A stretch of 64,000 nt of DNA from Candidatus Latescibacterota bacterium (GTDB taxonomy: Bacteria > Latescibacterota > UBA2968 > UBA8231). The translations under genes were made by a program, and so were the position numbers. Within the stretch, counting starts at the first letter, position 1; every line of letters begins with the position of its first letter. The DNA lies in NCBI GenBank assembly GCA_965197905.1, contig CBDAOB010000005.1, positions 352,001 through 416,000 on the forward strand, in the 5' to 3' direction. Shown here in pieces: positions 1 to 11,038 of this stretch. The notes under the pieces are model-generated. The model saw only the letters and a program-made list of their open reading frames with translations, did no database searches and was not told the DNA's origin.

Positions 1-38
1 GGTCGCCAGCAGCAGCTGATCCTAGGAGAGATCGTGCA

Positions 39-890
39 GTGAAGATTCTATTTATCGGTACAGGAGTAGGCGAGACCCTCAAGATCGACGGCGAGAGTTT
101 GGTCGAGGGGCCCATGCCCTGCGGGCGCGAACTGCTACGGGGCCCATCGTCGATCCTGCTCGAGCCCAACATACGGATCGACTACAGCGAGCACGGACCG
201 CTAGCACGCTTCGGCGTCGACGAACAATCCGTGGAGCACCTGGTTTTTACCCACGGGCACACAGACCACCTGCTACCGCGAAGCATGTTAGCGTTCGCCG
301 CCCGACAGCCGCTGGGACTCGATGTGTACGGCAACAACATGGTTGTAGATGCCATCGCCTTCGCGGCGACGCATAGGTGGGATGCGGACAGAGGACGGTT
401 TTATCCACAGAAAATCGATGCCGACCTGCGGTTTCATCCGGTACGCCCCGGCGACACGTTCTCGGTCGCAAACGCGACCTTCACAGCCTTGTTGAGCAAC
501 CACTTCATCGACCAAGCCAATATGATCCAGGGGCAGCAGGCACTCAATTTCGTGATCGAACAGGGGGGCAAGACCCTCTTCTACGGCCTGGACTCAGCGT
601 ATCCGCTGCCGGAAACGATGGAGGCGCTCAAGGACTATCGCCTCGACGCCGCCGTATTCGACGCCAAGGGAGGCGCGACGGAAATCGACCTGGCCAGAGG
701 TCATATGAACTTCGCCATGGTGGACGAACTCGTGACAGAGCTGCGTCGGGCCGGCACGGTCACCGATAACACGGTGGTTCTGGTTTCGCACTTGAGCCTG
801 GCGGCTACTGAGCCATTCGACGAGATCGCCGCAGACATGGCAGCGCGCGGATTCCGGCTTGCCTACGCCGGTCTGCGCCTGGAGCTGTAG
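39..890 (+). CDS. MBL-fold metallo-hydrolase (PhnP-like)
   Basis: N-terminal FIGTG, THGHTDH metal motif, later GLDS, GHMNF and SHLS motifs; GGAG RBS upstream of GTG. Confidence 0.8.
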   Translation: MKILFIGTGVGETLKIDGESLVEGPMPCGRELLRGPSSILLEPNIRIDYSEHGPLARFGVDEQSVEHLVFTHGHTDHLLPRSMLAFAARQPLGLDVYGNNMVVDAIAFAATHRWDADRGRFYPQKIDADLRFHPVRPGDTFSVANATFTALLSNHFIDQANMIQGQQALNFVIEQGGKTLFYGLDSAYPLPETMEALKDYRLDAAVFDAKGGATEIDLARGHMNFAMVDELVTELRRAGTVTDNTVVLVSHLSLAATEPFDEIAADMAARGFRLAYAGLRLEL

Positions 891-935
891 CGCAAATCGA
901 CGAGACCGACACCGTGTCGTTTTTCCTGCGGGCTA

Positions 936-2031
936 TCATCGGTTTCTCGGAGTACGGACACCCGCTCTGAATTTGATGGTTGGTACCTGCCCCTGCCATG
1001 CGTCGGCGATGATGCGCATGATGGGTGGTGTGGCGAGCTGGAAGTTGCGGCCCAGCGGCCGCGGGTGGGGGAACCACTTCCACAGCAATGCGCCGACGAT
1101 ACGGGGCTCCTCGCCGATGGCGTCGAGAGCTGCGAGCCAGCACATCTCCTGGATAGCCCGCGCGCCGTTCGTCCGTATGGTGATCCCAGGGTTTTGCAGC
1201 CGCGGTATACGACTGATTGTACCCCAGTTCGGTGAAGAGGACATGGCGATTCTGCTCCAGACTGTAGTCGCGAAGCTCGACGACGATTCTCTGCCATCCG
1301 GACCTGATGTCAGCGCCAGTCGGGTCCGCCACCTCAGAGACGGGAAAGTACGCCTGGATTCCGATCACGTCCAGTGCGTCCCAAAAGGGCACGCGTCTAA
1401 AATCCGACCAGTTGGCCGCATAGGTTATGTGACCGGTGTACACCTTTCTTACTTCGGCGATGAGGGCACGCCAACGAGATTCGTGATTCAGCGTCTTGTC
1501 GAGCTCCGTGCCGATCACAAAGGCGTCGGCCTCACGGCACGCTGCGGCCAGTTCGAGAATCCATGCGCTGTAGTCGTGCCAGAAACGTTCCCACTTCTCC
1601 TCGGTGTCGAAGGTGATGTCGCCGCGCCAGGAGAATCCGCTGCGCCAGTAGGCCAAATGGGGTTTGATGCAAATCTTTAGGCCCTGTGCGTGAGCTTCCT
1701 CGATCGGACGTGTCCAGTGGCCCGGAGGGGGAGCACCCTCGTCGAGACGCCTGCGCCCAACGGAGCCGCTGCTGGTGATCCTGCCGTAGGGATGGGTGGC
1801 AATCCAGTTGGCGCCAAGTATCTTGATGTCCCGGACCGTTGGCACCATTACGTCCTGGCCCCAGTCGTGCCCGCTGCCATGGGTGGAGATGGTGATGCCA
1901 CGGACGATGATGCTGTCCTCGTCGGGCGGGCTTGCTGCTGCGTACCCCGTCGTACCGCAAAGCACCCCAACGACGATCAATCGGATATGGGTTGCTGCAC
2001 ATTTTAAACGTGAGCGCAGGTCGCTTCGCAT
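936..2031 (-). pseudogene. GH113-like glycoside hydrolase (TIM barrel), frameshifted near 1170
   Basis: KPHL, GTEL, YAANW and FTELGY motifs in ORF 805..2031; a plausible C-terminus (GALLWKW) continues in ORF 936..1244, which removes the overlap with the MBL gene; start uncertain. Confidence 0.7.
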
Positions 2032-2202
2032 TCAGAAATTCCGAATCAGCTTTTTCAGCAGTACTATAGTTACTAGCGACATTCGAGCAAGGACCAAAAT
2101 TTCTCTCAGCATTCGTGATCTTGTGAGCAATGGCACCAAGGGCTACAGGTGCTATTTTAAATGCAGAATCTGACCCCACTTTAGCTTTTTCGACTGGAGA
2201 TA

Positions 2203-2979
2203 ATGACGAAGACCCTTCGGCAGGAATACGACGAAACTGGATTTTGCATTGCTCGTGGGGTAATTGATCCCGGCCTTGCGGCTGAAACCGTGGACCACGT
2301 ACACTGGCTGGTCGAAAGGAATCCCAATTTGCGGCCCGAGCGCCTACATCATCAACTGCTGATGCACGATCCTTTCATGCACCGCCTGGTTTGCGACGAC
2401 CGCCTCGTAGATATCGCTGAACAGTTCCTCGGTCCGAATGTGGCGATGTTCGCGGCGCACTATATTGCCAAGAAGCCCGGTACCGGCCAGGCGGTGCAGT
2501 GGCACCAGGACGGTTCCTACTGGCCGCTGGAGCCGATGGAAGTAACGACCTTATGGGTGGCGGGCACGGATTCGACGGCGGCCAATGGCTGTATGCGGGT
2601 GTTGCCGGGGACGCATACCAGGAAGCTGCTGAAAAAAAGCGATATGGTAGACCTGGATACCGACAAGTTCGTCCTCGAGGTGGGGATTCATCCCGACGAT
2701 ATCGACGAGGCCGACGCCGTAGATCTCCAGCTCAAGGCCGGGGATATCTCCATCCATCATCCCGGTATCATTCACGGCTCCAACGCCAATACTTCGGACC
2801 AATGGCGGGTGGGGCTGACGCTGCGTTACATACCTACCAGCACCAAAGTGAAGACCGGATTTCCAAGTATCATGTGCCGGGGCGAGGTCGTGCCTGAGAT
2901 CGGTAACGATTACGCTCCGCGACCGCGATATGTCCAAGCCGATCACATGTCTTTTGCCGGCTGCGAGGATTGGCGGTGA
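2203..2979 (+). CDS. Phytanoyl-CoA dioxygenase (PhyH) family Fe(II)/2OG oxygenase
   Basis: WHQD, NGCMRVLPGTH and HGS..N...R motifs; GGAG RBS. Confidence 0.9.
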   Translation: MTKTLRQEYDETGFCIARGVIDPGLAAETVDHVHWLVERNPNLRPERLHHQLLMHDPFMHRLVCDDRLVDIAEQFLGPNVAMFAAHYIAKKPGTGQAVQWHQDGSYWPLEPMEVTTLWVAGTDSTAANGCMRVLPGTHTRKLLKKSDMVDLDTDKFVLEVGIHPDDIDEADAVDLQLKAGDISIHHPGIIHGSNANTSDQWRVGLTLRYIPTSTKVKTGFPSIMCRGEVVPEIGNDYAPRPRYVQADHMSFAGCEDWR

Positions 2980-3072
2980 GGAGCGGCAATTCTGCAGGTT
3001 CGCCATGTGATGTATCCAGCTGTCCACCGGTTTTCCTGATCCATCTCTTTGACAGTGTTTTTGTGTCGTTCA

Positions 3073-5955
3073 CTAGATCGGCCGGCCGAATTCGGTGAAG
3101 CCTATCATGGTGCGCACGAAAAACTCGATGAGGTCGAAGTTCCGCCGGTCGGCAAACCTCGAGTCGTATCTTCGGCTGTCCTTGCTAACTCCGATGATCG
3201 TCATCAGATCGTAGCCGAAATAGTCTGATTGGTTGGTGAGGGAGAGGAGGAGGGTGCGTTGCTCGAAGCTGTTGCGATCGGATGTATCGTTCCGCTTACG
3301 GTAGGGAAGACCGGCAAGTCCTTGAATGCCGAAACGCAGACGGGTGCGTGGCATGAACTGATACTCCAGGCGCAGGATCGGAATGGAGCGCAACTCTGAG
3401 GTGATGTCCACATCCCGTTCCCGATCGACCAGACGCTGAACCATCAGTTTGTATTGGGGTGAGATGCGCAGCTTGCCCAGGTTCCAGTCGTATTGCGCCT
3501 GACTTACCCAGGTGTAGAAATCGAGCCGGGCACCGCGTTGGAAGATGCCTTTGTCCAGCTCGCCGCCTCGCTGCCAGTTCGCCCGCAAGCGCATCTTCTG
3601 GGTCAGCTGGAAGCCGGTAGGCAGCACGGCGCGACCCTCCAGGTAGCTATCGCTGACGAAGCTATCGCGATAGGAAAGCCCATCGGGGACGAAGTCGAGC
3701 TCCAGAAATTTGACAATCCCCTGCCCCAGGGGCGCGTCGGCAATATAGACGACGCCGCGGGATCCGAAGATACTTTCCCGTGCTCCGGCGTCGTCGCCGA
3801 ATTGCATGTACTCGTCGGCGATGTCGTCCTCAACTCTGCGCACGCTACTTTCGAAAGTCAGATACATCAGTCGGTCCAAATTCGCGACGCGATACTGCGC
3901 GATCGCGTAGGAAGCTCGATTCTTCCCGCTGCCGGCGATTTCTTCGATGTCGTAATGGCCCACGACGGCGGACCAACGGGGGGAGAGTTGATACTGTGCG
4001 AAAAGGTGGAATCCCCGTTCGTCATGCTCGTAGGGATAATCCACTTCGGCGTCGTCCTCGCGATGGTCGGGTTCGTCGTTGTTGTTGCGGTCGAGTCCGT
4101 AGGCATAGCTGTTGGGCTCGACGTCGAACATCAGAAATGGCTCCTGGTAGTCGGGAAGCCGATTGAGGTTGCGATTGGTGTCGGGGGCGCCGTCATTGTC
4201 GGCGTCCTGCCCGAGCCAGACCCCATCCAGGTCGGTGCCGACATTGTCCCGCGGTATGCCTACCAGGTTGCCCAGCTTGATATCGGGATAGATATCTCCG
4301 TCCTCGTTGTCATCCACCAGGCGCCAGTAAGCCATATTGTTGAGCACGGCGCTGCCGCCGAGGACGTATGATCGCAGTTCGGTGTGGAATTCGGGTTGAA
4401 TGGAGAACAGCTCGGCACCGAGCGCGCCGCGGCCAAAGTTGTGTACGGCGTTGAGGAAATACGCCGAACCCCCGTCGGCAAAGCGCGGAGAGTCGTCGAA
4501 GGTGGGCAGGCGATCGGCCCCATACGAGGGATACCGCCAATACTGTTTCGAGCGGGCGTACTCAGCGGAGATCTCCAATCCCGGCAGCTGCAGCTGCAAG
4601 TCGGCGCTGTAGACAAAGTTTGATATCCCCTCCCCGACGTCGAAACGGACGCGCTCGAGATTGGAAAGATCCTGCACATTGCCCTCGGCACGCGACTCCA
4701 CGTTGTAGTAGGAAGCGGACAGGCGGTCGTAGTACTGCCTGGAGACGGAACCGAGTTTGGAATAGGCGTACGCCACGTCGATCAGGTAGTCGTTGCCCAC
4801 CAGGGTCTCGATGGCTACGGAGTGAATCCCGGGTTCACCAGCCAGATCGTATACGAAGACCACTTGCCGCTCGCCGTCGGCTCGCAGGGTTTGGTCGGGC
4901 GATTCTACCTGGAAAGAGGATATCAGACCAGGTATGTTGCCAATGGTGCTGACGTCCAATCCAGCCTCGTGATCGAGTCTGGTGAGATAGTCGGCGAACA
5001 ACGGATACTCGCGCCCGCGGTAGAAGTACTCGTTGACGTAAGCGGTGGCGGCGCCCGAGGAGCTAAAGAGGTTGTACTCCAACGGCACGAACGCGCCAGA
5101 TACGCGCGAAACGAAACCGACCTGAATAGAGGGATTGTCGCCATGACTTATCACCCGCGGCTTCAGGTCCGGTCGCAGTTGGCCGTCGATAATGATGTCC
5201 ACCTTCTGGATGACGGCGCCACCGATCCCGTCCTCAGGCGAGTCGTCTCTGAAACGGACAAAGATCAGATCGATCAGGGGTTGGTCTGACTTCAGCCGAC
5301 CCTTGAGGCTATTGTCGGTCTGATTGCTGTCGTAAAGGTGCTGATTGACCCAGTTGAGCCCCACGTTCAGCGCCCCAAGGTTCGCCTGGATCCGGCTGCC
5401 CAGCAGCATGGCCGAATCCCCGTCATTTTCCCGTAACGCACCGACGGGATGCTGCATGCGAGAAGCCAGAGCGGTGAATTCCAGATCGGGAAGCAGCAGA
5501 TCGAAACGAGCGCCGTTGTAGTTCGCTTTGGACAGGGTGAGCGGGGTAAAACGAGCGCTCATCGCCTCTCCGATGATGGCGGAATACCCCCAGTTATTGT
5601 ATCCGTCGCTGGCGGCAACCAGGTTGTCGAAGGTGCGGGAGTTCCAGTTGATGTGGCTGCCGAATCTCTCATTCGCCGAACGCCTTTCCTCCCACGTGTA
5701 GGCGCTGTATCCAGTCAACAGGAAATTGCCCATTGGATCGTAGAAGGTCTGAGCCGTATCTGTGTAAGGAAAGAAGTGGGTAGGGTAGTTCTGGATGTTC
5801 TGCCAGGCGTAGTTGCGATACTCCGGTCCGTCGAGCCTGAGGTAAGCCCGAGGCGTCGTCACCTCATTCTCGAAGAAATCCTGGCTCGACGCTGGGCAGG
5901 CCAACAGGATCGAGGGGATCAGCAAATGCCAACCGTTCAATGCTCCTTTTTGCAT
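3073..5955 (-). CDS. Large secreted or outer-membrane hypothetical protein with Asp/Asn-rich putative Ca-binding repeats
   Basis: 960-aa ORF, signal-peptide-like N-terminus, DxNxDG-like repeats, amphipathic beta-strand pattern at the C-terminus. Confidence 0.7.
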   Translation of the reverse strand: MQKGALNGWHLLIPSILLACPASSQDFFENEVTTPRAYLRLDGPEYRNYAWQNIQNYPTHFFPYTDTAQTFYDPMGNFLLTGYSAYTWEERRSANERFGSHINWNSRTFDNLVAASDGYNNWGYSAIIGEAMSARFTPLTLSKANYNGARFDLLLPDLEFTALASRMQHPVGALRENDGDSAMLLGSRIQANLGALNVGLNWVNQHLYDSNQTDNSLKGRLKSDQPLIDLIFVRFRDDSPEDGIGGAVIQKVDIIIDGQLRPDLKPRVISHGDNPSIQVGFVSRVSGAFVPLEYNLFSSSGAATAYVNEYFYRGREYPLFADYLTRLDHEAGLDVSTIGNIPGLISSFQVESPDQTLRADGERQVVFVYDLAGEPGIHSVAIETLVGNDYLIDVAYAYSKLGSVSRQYYDRLSASYYNVESRAEGNVQDLSNLERVRFDVGEGISNFVYSADLQLQLPGLEISAEYARSKQYWRYPSYGADRLPTFDDSPRFADGGSAYFLNAVHNFGRGALGAELFSIQPEFHTELRSYVLGGSAVLNNMAYWRLVDDNEDGDIYPDIKLGNLVGIPRDNVGTDLDGVWLGQDADNDGAPDTNRNLNRLPDYQEPFLMFDVEPNSYAYGLDRNNNDEPDHREDDAEVDYPYEHDERGFHLFAQYQLSPRWSAVVGHYDIEEIAGSGKNRASYAIAQYRVANLDRLMYLTFESSVRRVEDDIADEYMQFGDDAGARESIFGSRGVVYIADAPLGQGIVKFLELDFVPDGLSYRDSFVSDSYLEGRAVLPTGFQLTQKMRLRANWQRGGELDKGIFQRGARLDFYTWVSQAQYDWNLGKLRISPQYKLMVQRLVDRERDVDITSELRSIPILRLEYQFMPRTRLRFGIQGLAGLPYRKRNDTSDRNSFEQRTLLLSLTNQSDYFGYDLMTIIGVSKDSRRYDSRFADRRNFDLIEFFVRTMIGFTEFGRPI

Positions 5956-5988
5956 AGCGGTTCTCGCATAGCTCCGCCGACGGTCAGG

Positions 5989-6594
5989 TCAATCGGAGCC
6001 GGTCGTCCCCTCGCGGACATAGGCTTCCAGGGCAACGCGGGGGCAGATGCTGTCGCGAATATAGTCGACCAGCTGATTGCCCAATCCGCGCAGGCGTGAT
6101 TCCAGCCGCTCGTCGAGGCATTTGCCTGCATCGTCAAAACAATCTTGGACATTGGCCACCGAAACCGGACCGGGAAGCACGATCGCCCCCACGTGTGAGC
6201 ACACGCTGCGCAGATGCTCCAACGCCTTGATGGCGCCGATCTGTCCGCCGGCGACGCCCAGCAGGGCCACTGGTTTTCCGGCCAGCGCAGACGGGAAACC
6301 CAGGTTTTCAATAACGAGCTTTATGGCGCTGGAATAGCTTCCATGGTACTCGGGGGTCGAGAGCACCACACCTGTCGCTTCCGATACGGTCTGTTGAAGC
6401 CGATCCTCGTCCTCGGCGGCCCCTGGTCGACCGGGCAGCGCGAGATCCAGGCTCGACGGATCGATCAGGTCGACCCCGACCTCGTTCTGACTGCCCATCT
6501 CGTCGACCACCAGATCGAGCGCCTTAGAGGTGAAATTGCCCGGCCTTACGCTGCCCCTGACGGCTGCGATGCGGATGGTGCATTCTTCATTCAT
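5989..6594 (-). CDS. NADPH-dependent FMN reductase family
   Basis: GSVRPG, TPEYHGS and GKPV motifs. Confidence 0.9.
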   Translation of the reverse strand: MNEECTIRIAAVRGSVRPGNFTSKALDLVVDEMGSQNEVGVDLIDPSSLDLALPGRPGAAEDEDRLQQTVSEATGVVLSTPEYHGSYSSAIKLVIENLGFPSALAGKPVALLGVAGGQIGAIKALEHLRSVCSHVGAIVLPGPVSVANVQDCFDDAGKCLDERLESRLRGLGNQLVDYIRDSICPRVALEAYVREGTTGSD

Positions 6595-6666
6595 ACTTCA
6601 AGCTCTCCTTGTGTCGTTGGCTCGAAACGAGCGACGCTGTTGATCGCGATGCAGGGCCATTCCATC

Positions 6667-7660
6667 CTAGAGCACGACCTCGCGCCCGGTGCGTGCGGAC
6701 TCCTCGGTTGCTTCCAAGACCTGCATAACCAGTCTGCCATGGGCCTGTGGGATAGGCGTATCCTCATCTCCGCGCTCGATTGATCGCACGAACTCGGAGA
6801 ATTCGTCCGCCAGGCTGTCTGTGGTCTCCACCGGCTCTTCCCGCCAGGTGCCGTCGGGCGTGTCGGCCACCCACAGACCGACAGAAGGTTGCAGCTGAAA
6901 CCGTGCCTGGCCTTTGGTGAAGAATAACTCCGCCCCGGTTGCGGTTGCGCCCACCTGCCACGCGAGGCGACTCACGGTGGCGACCACACCCGATTTCCAG
7001 CGGAGGAAGTAGATCCCGGTGTCGTCCGCCTTGATCTGCGGATGGGGCGAACGCTCCGATCCGGGCGCTTACGGTCTCGATGTCCAAGCCGATAAGCCAC
7101 AGCAAACGGTCGATCTGATGCGTTCCGTCCATCAAACCCATGCCGCCGCCCCGTTCTCGATCCAACATCCACGCCGGCCTCGCCGGCAGATCGAACGGCT
7201 TGTGCCAGGTGTCGTGCGCCATGATCGGATCGCCGAGCCGTTTGGAATCGACGATCTGCTTCATAGCCTTCACCACTGGATAATATCGCTGGGTATGGGC
7301 GGTCATCAACCTGACGTCGTTCGCTTTTGCCGCCGCCAACATCTCGTCCGCCTCCGACAGCCATATCGCCAGCGGCTTTTCCATGAATATGTGTTTGCCG
7401 GCGCTGGCTGCATCGAGGGCTGCCTGCTTGTGCAACCCGTGGGGTAGCGCTCCGATCGCGATTTGTACGTCGTTGTATGCGAGCGCCTCTGTAAAATCCT
7501 TCACAAATTCTACCTCTGGATGTTTCTCGCGGAGCGGCGCTGTCTGCTCATCGCGAGGCTCAGCGACAACGAGCATCTCCACGCCGGCGGTCTGCTTGAC
7601 GACGCCGATGTAGGATCCGCCGATGCGGCCGGCGCCCAGCACAGCTACCCCCATCGTCAT
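6667..7660 (-). pseudogene. Gfo/Idh/MocA oxidoreductase, frameshifted near 7045
   Basis: GAGRIG, EKP and GGG..MD.TH motifs; ATG at 7660 overlaps the upstream TGA; removing one C from a C run (TTCGCCCCATCCG) joins it to ORF 6667..6987. Confidence 0.8.
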
Positions 7661-8661
7661 GGGGTTTGTGCTGCCGCCTTCTTCACCGCTTGGATCACGG
7701 CGATGATGTAGCCGAACTGGAACGCCCACGCCTGGCGCACCCGATCGGTGCCGCCCGGTGACGGTTTATCGTCGGGATGCGAGGGCGCGTGGTCTGGCAT
7801 CAGCATGTACGGATACCCGGATTCGTAGAGGGTCTGCGCTACCTTGAGCATGTCCACGTCACCCTCGTCCGGCCACACCTCCTGAAAATCGTGCAGCCCT
7901 CCCTTGATATTGCGGAAGTGGATGTTGAAGATCCGTTTGCGTTCGGCGAAGTAGCGCACGATCTCACAGAGCTCGTTGGCGGGGTCTTCCAGACCCTCGG
8001 ACGCCACCCCGCAGCAGAAGTTGAGACCGTGGTACGGGCTGTCGCTGAGCTCGACGAACCGTTTCAAGCCGTCGAACACCGGGTAATTCCAGCGCTCGAC
8101 CCCGCGAAGCACCGGCGCCGGTGGATCGTCGAGATGGCAGGCGAACAGGACTTTGTTCGCGTCCGCCACCGGAATGACCCGCTCGACGAAATACCCGATG
8201 CGCTCGAACACCTCCTCGCGGCCGACAACTCCCGCTTCGGTGCGGGTTTCGTTGTCGTACTCATCGAGTCGGAAGGTGCTGTAGCGGCACCCGCCCCTGC
8301 CCGGCGTGTTGGACGTGCGCGCTGGCTCACCTACGTAGAAGTTGTAGTTGAGACCGCGCAGGCCTGCCTTGGCCGCGTTCTCGATGATCCGAAACACTTC
8401 CTCGATGTCCCGATCCCGCTGCGGGTCTTGGGCCAGCGGTATGCTCCTGGCGATCGGAATGTGCACCATCTCAAGACTGACTCCTTCCGCCGCCGCCTCT
8501 TCCCGTTGCCGCTGCAGCGTGTCGAGCTCGAAATCGGCCGGCGTCGCATCCATATGGGTCACACCGTGCCGCCGGAGGAACTGAAGATCGTGTTTTGTGG
8601 TGCTGACGTACTGAACGCCCACGTGCATGCCGTTGCCGGCCGCGGGACTGGTGGGAGTCAT
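7657..8661 (-). CDS. Mannonate dehydratase (UxuA) family protein
   Basis: YNF, HLDDPP, NFCCG, HFRNI, DEGDVDM and PDHAP motifs. Confidence 0.85.
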   Translation of the reverse strand: MTPTSPAAGNGMHVGVQYVSTTKHDLQFLRRHGVTHMDATPADFELDTLQRQREEAAAEGVSLEMVHIPIARSIPLAQDPQRDRDIEEVFRIIENAAKAGLRGLNYNFYVGEPARTSNTPGRGGCRYSTFRLDEYDNETRTEAGVVGREEVFERIGYFVERVIPVADANKVLFACHLDDPPAPVLRGVERWNYPVFDGLKRFVELSDSPYHGLNFCCGVASEGLEDPANELCEIVRYFAERKRIFNIHFRNIKGGLHDFQEVWPDEGDVDMLKVAQTLYESGYPYMLMPDHAPSHPDDKPSPGGTDRVRQAWAFQFGYIIAVIQAVKKAAAQTP

Positions 8662-8707
8662 GGTGGGATTCCCGTCCGTCTCAAATGTTTGTTATCCAAT
8701 CGCTGCT

Positions 8708-9367
8708 TTAAGTGTCGAGGGGTAAGTTGTAGCGCAATTCATCCAGTCCCAGCACGCCGCTGGCGTGCGCCTGGCGGAACTCGGAATCCTTCTGGTACAT
8801 GACCCCGACAAACCCACAATGGGAGAGAACGTAGTCTAGATCCGGCCGCTGGTCAGGATGGGAGCATGCGTAGTTGAGCCATTCGCTGTCGTCGACGCGC
8901 AGCTCGATGCGGTTCAACTCCCAGTCGTCCGCACCGATCCTGACTTCCCGGACCTGCCTCCAGCAGGTGAGGTACCGGGTGTCCTCGATATACGCAGCGA
9001 CGAATAGGTGTGGAGCGTAACCGTCTGCCACGGTGATTTTCTCCAGCTCTTTCAGATAGAAGCTGGTAACAGTGTCGCGCAGATCGAAGGTTGTGGTTGG
9101 CGTCCACCATACCGGCGTCGATTCTACGTAGAACTGGTTGGAGTCGGCGCTTGGAAGGGCGAGATAGCCTCGGCTGCCCTCGGCGCCGCCCCCATCCTGC
9201 ACCAGATGGAAGGCGTTCTCGGGACTCGTGGAAAAGAACTCGCCATCGTAGGTGCGATTGGGTACCGGAGAAGCGTCGGATCCCAGCCGTTCGACCTGTT
9301 TGACCGGGGCGGGACCATCAAAGCTGTAGTGAACCTCGGCTATGCCCTCTTTCAATGAGTAGTGCAT
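8708..9367 (-). CDS. Hypothetical protein
   Basis: ORF 8708..9409; the ATG at 9367 has a GGAGG RBS; protein-like composition, co-oriented with the operon. Confidence 0.65.
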   Translation of the reverse strand: MHYSLKEGIAEVHYSFDGPAPVKQVERLGSDASPVPNRTYDGEFFSTSPENAFHLVQDGGGAEGSRGYLALPSADSNQFYVESTPVWWTPTTTFDLRDTVTSFYLKELEKITVADGYAPHLFVAAYIEDTRYLTCWRQVREVRIGADDWELNRIELRVDDSEWLNYACSHPDQRPDLDYVLSHCGFVGVMYQKDSEFRQAHASGVLGLDELRYNLPLDT

Positions 9368-9525
9368 CTCTATTCCTCCATGTCCGTCCGCCAATTCATC
9401 GTTTTCCACTCACGTCGGTATCCGTATTCCCGAGCCGGGTTTATACGGGAAGCTAACAAAGATTGATATCGCGGAAATGATAAGCTACCATTGCCAACCC
9501 GTGCAGCTCGATGAAGGAGCGCGTC

Positions 9526-10977
9526 ATGAGCCAAACCCTCATAGACCCCAAGAAGCACCGGCAGCTTTTCCTGGACGATTATGCCGTAGAGGAAAAGATC
9601 GGCGTCAAGCAGACCGTACATCGGCCCCGAAGGTGTGGACCTATCATCCGGCCGGACCGCTCGCGTGGACAAACCGCTCTTCAGAGCCGTAGCGCTCCGC
9701 AGTGGAACTCAGAAAAGGGAATCTGGGAATGGTGGTATTACGGGGAGCATGCCTACTATGCGACCTCCAAGGATGGGGAACACTGGGAGAGACCCTCCCT
9801 GGGGCTGTACGAATTCAATGGGTCAAAGGACAACAACATCGCATGCGACCCCAATAAGCCGCGCATCTACCACATAATCCGTGACGAGGGTGATCCGGAT
9901 CCGCAGCGTCGCTACAAAGCGCTGTTCAGCTCTTCTGACAGGTACCTTGGCACTTCCCCCGATGGGTTCGACTGGACCATGCTGGATGTGCCACCCATCC
10001 CCAGCAGTGACGAATCCCATTTTACCTACGACGAGATCAGCGGCCAGTATATCGCCATGGTCAAGCACAGTACCAAGTGGGGGCGCTCCGTCTGGCTCTC
10101 CACCAGCAAGGATTTCGTCCACTTCTCCAAACCTGAGCTCATCTTCCACACTGATGAGATCGATTGGGAGAACTGTAGAAAACGCGTAAGAGAAGTCGTC
10201 GAGAATCCAGCATATATAACGCCTCCCGTCGTGGATGACGCAGACTACATCGCGGAGACCTATCATATGGCGGTGATGCCGTATGAGGGATTCTACATCG
10301 GTTTTCCGCGAATCTTCAATCCGCTCGGGGCGGTTCCGCCACCGGAGATGAACTTCACGCGCATCAACCAGGTGGAGCTTGCGGCGTCACGTGACCTGTA
10401 TCATTGGGACCGCGTAGGGGATCGCACCCTGTTTCTGAGCATCGAACCCTGGGACGGTGTGAGCTACGATACGCACCAGGTCAGCCTCTGCGGCCGGCCG
10501 CATGTTCGTGACAGTGAGATATGGATCTACTACAACGGTGCTCGCATGCCATCCAGCAGAAGAAGATACGAGATTCACAACCAGAACAAGGAGCTATACA
10601 GACTCAATGTGGATCCAGAGCTCTTTAATGACACCGGCGCCTTGAGCCTGGCGAAACTACCCATAGACCGATTCGTATCCCTCGATGCCGACCAGGCCGG
10701 AACGATTACGACGAAGCCATTCATGATGAAAGGGGAGGACCTCTACGTAAACGCCGAGGCCAATTGGGGTGAGATATACACCGAAATTCTGGATGCTGAA
10801 TCGATGGAGCCGTTTCCCGGCTTCTGGGTGCCTGCTCACCTGCCGCCACCGTTGACCGGTGATCACCTGCGAGCAAAGATCAACTGGCAGCCCGACCACG
10901 ATCTGGTCTTCGAAAAGCCGGTGCGCATAAGGTTCTACCTGAGTCAGGCCAGACTCTACTCCTTCTGGCTCGAATAG
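9526..10977 (+). CDS. Putative five-bladed beta-propeller glycoside hydrolase-like protein (GH32/GH43-like fold), copy 1
   Basis: RQLFLDD N-terminus, Asp-box-like SxDGxxW repeats, DRFVSL and LYSF C-terminus; GAAGGAG RBS before ATG 9526. Confidence 0.7.
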   Translation: MSQTLIDPKKHRQLFLDDYAVEEKIGVKQTVHRPRRCGPIIRPDRSRGQTALQSRSAPQWNSEKGIWEWWYYGEHAYYATSKDGEHWERPSLGLYEFNGSKDNNIACDPNKPRIYHIIRDEGDPDPQRRYKALFSSSDRYLGTSPDGFDWTMLDVPPIPSSDESHFTYDEISGQYIAMVKHSTKWGRSVWLSTSKDFVHFSKPELIFHTDEIDWENCRKRVREVVENPAYITPPVVDDADYIAETYHMAVMPYEGFYIGFPRIFNPLGAVPPPEMNFTRINQVELAASRDLYHWDRVGDRTLFLSIEPWDGVSYDTHQVSLCGRPHVRDSEIWIYYNGARMPSSRRRYEIHNQNKELYRLNVDPELFNDTGALSLAKLPIDRFVSLDADQAGTITTKPFMMKGEDLYVNAEANWGEIYTEILDAESMEPFPGFWVPAHLPPPLTGDHLRAKINWQPDHDLVFEKPVRIRFYLSQARLYSFWLE

Positions 10978-11038
10978 GGATGGACAATCAGAATTGATTT
11001 GAGGAATGCCTAAGCCTACCACCGAGAAGGAGCGTCTA

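Noticed and set aside
7040..7050. Programmed frameshifting or phase variation at the split genes
   Set aside because: Runs are only 2-5 nt, with no slippery heptamer or long tract; error or decay is simpler
7777..8802. 341-aa plus-strand ORF; similar long antisense ORFs at 29790..30881, 32984..33853, 47703..48983 and 56950..57810
   Set aside because: Antisense shadows of well-supported genes in GC-rich DNA, with no recognisable motifs
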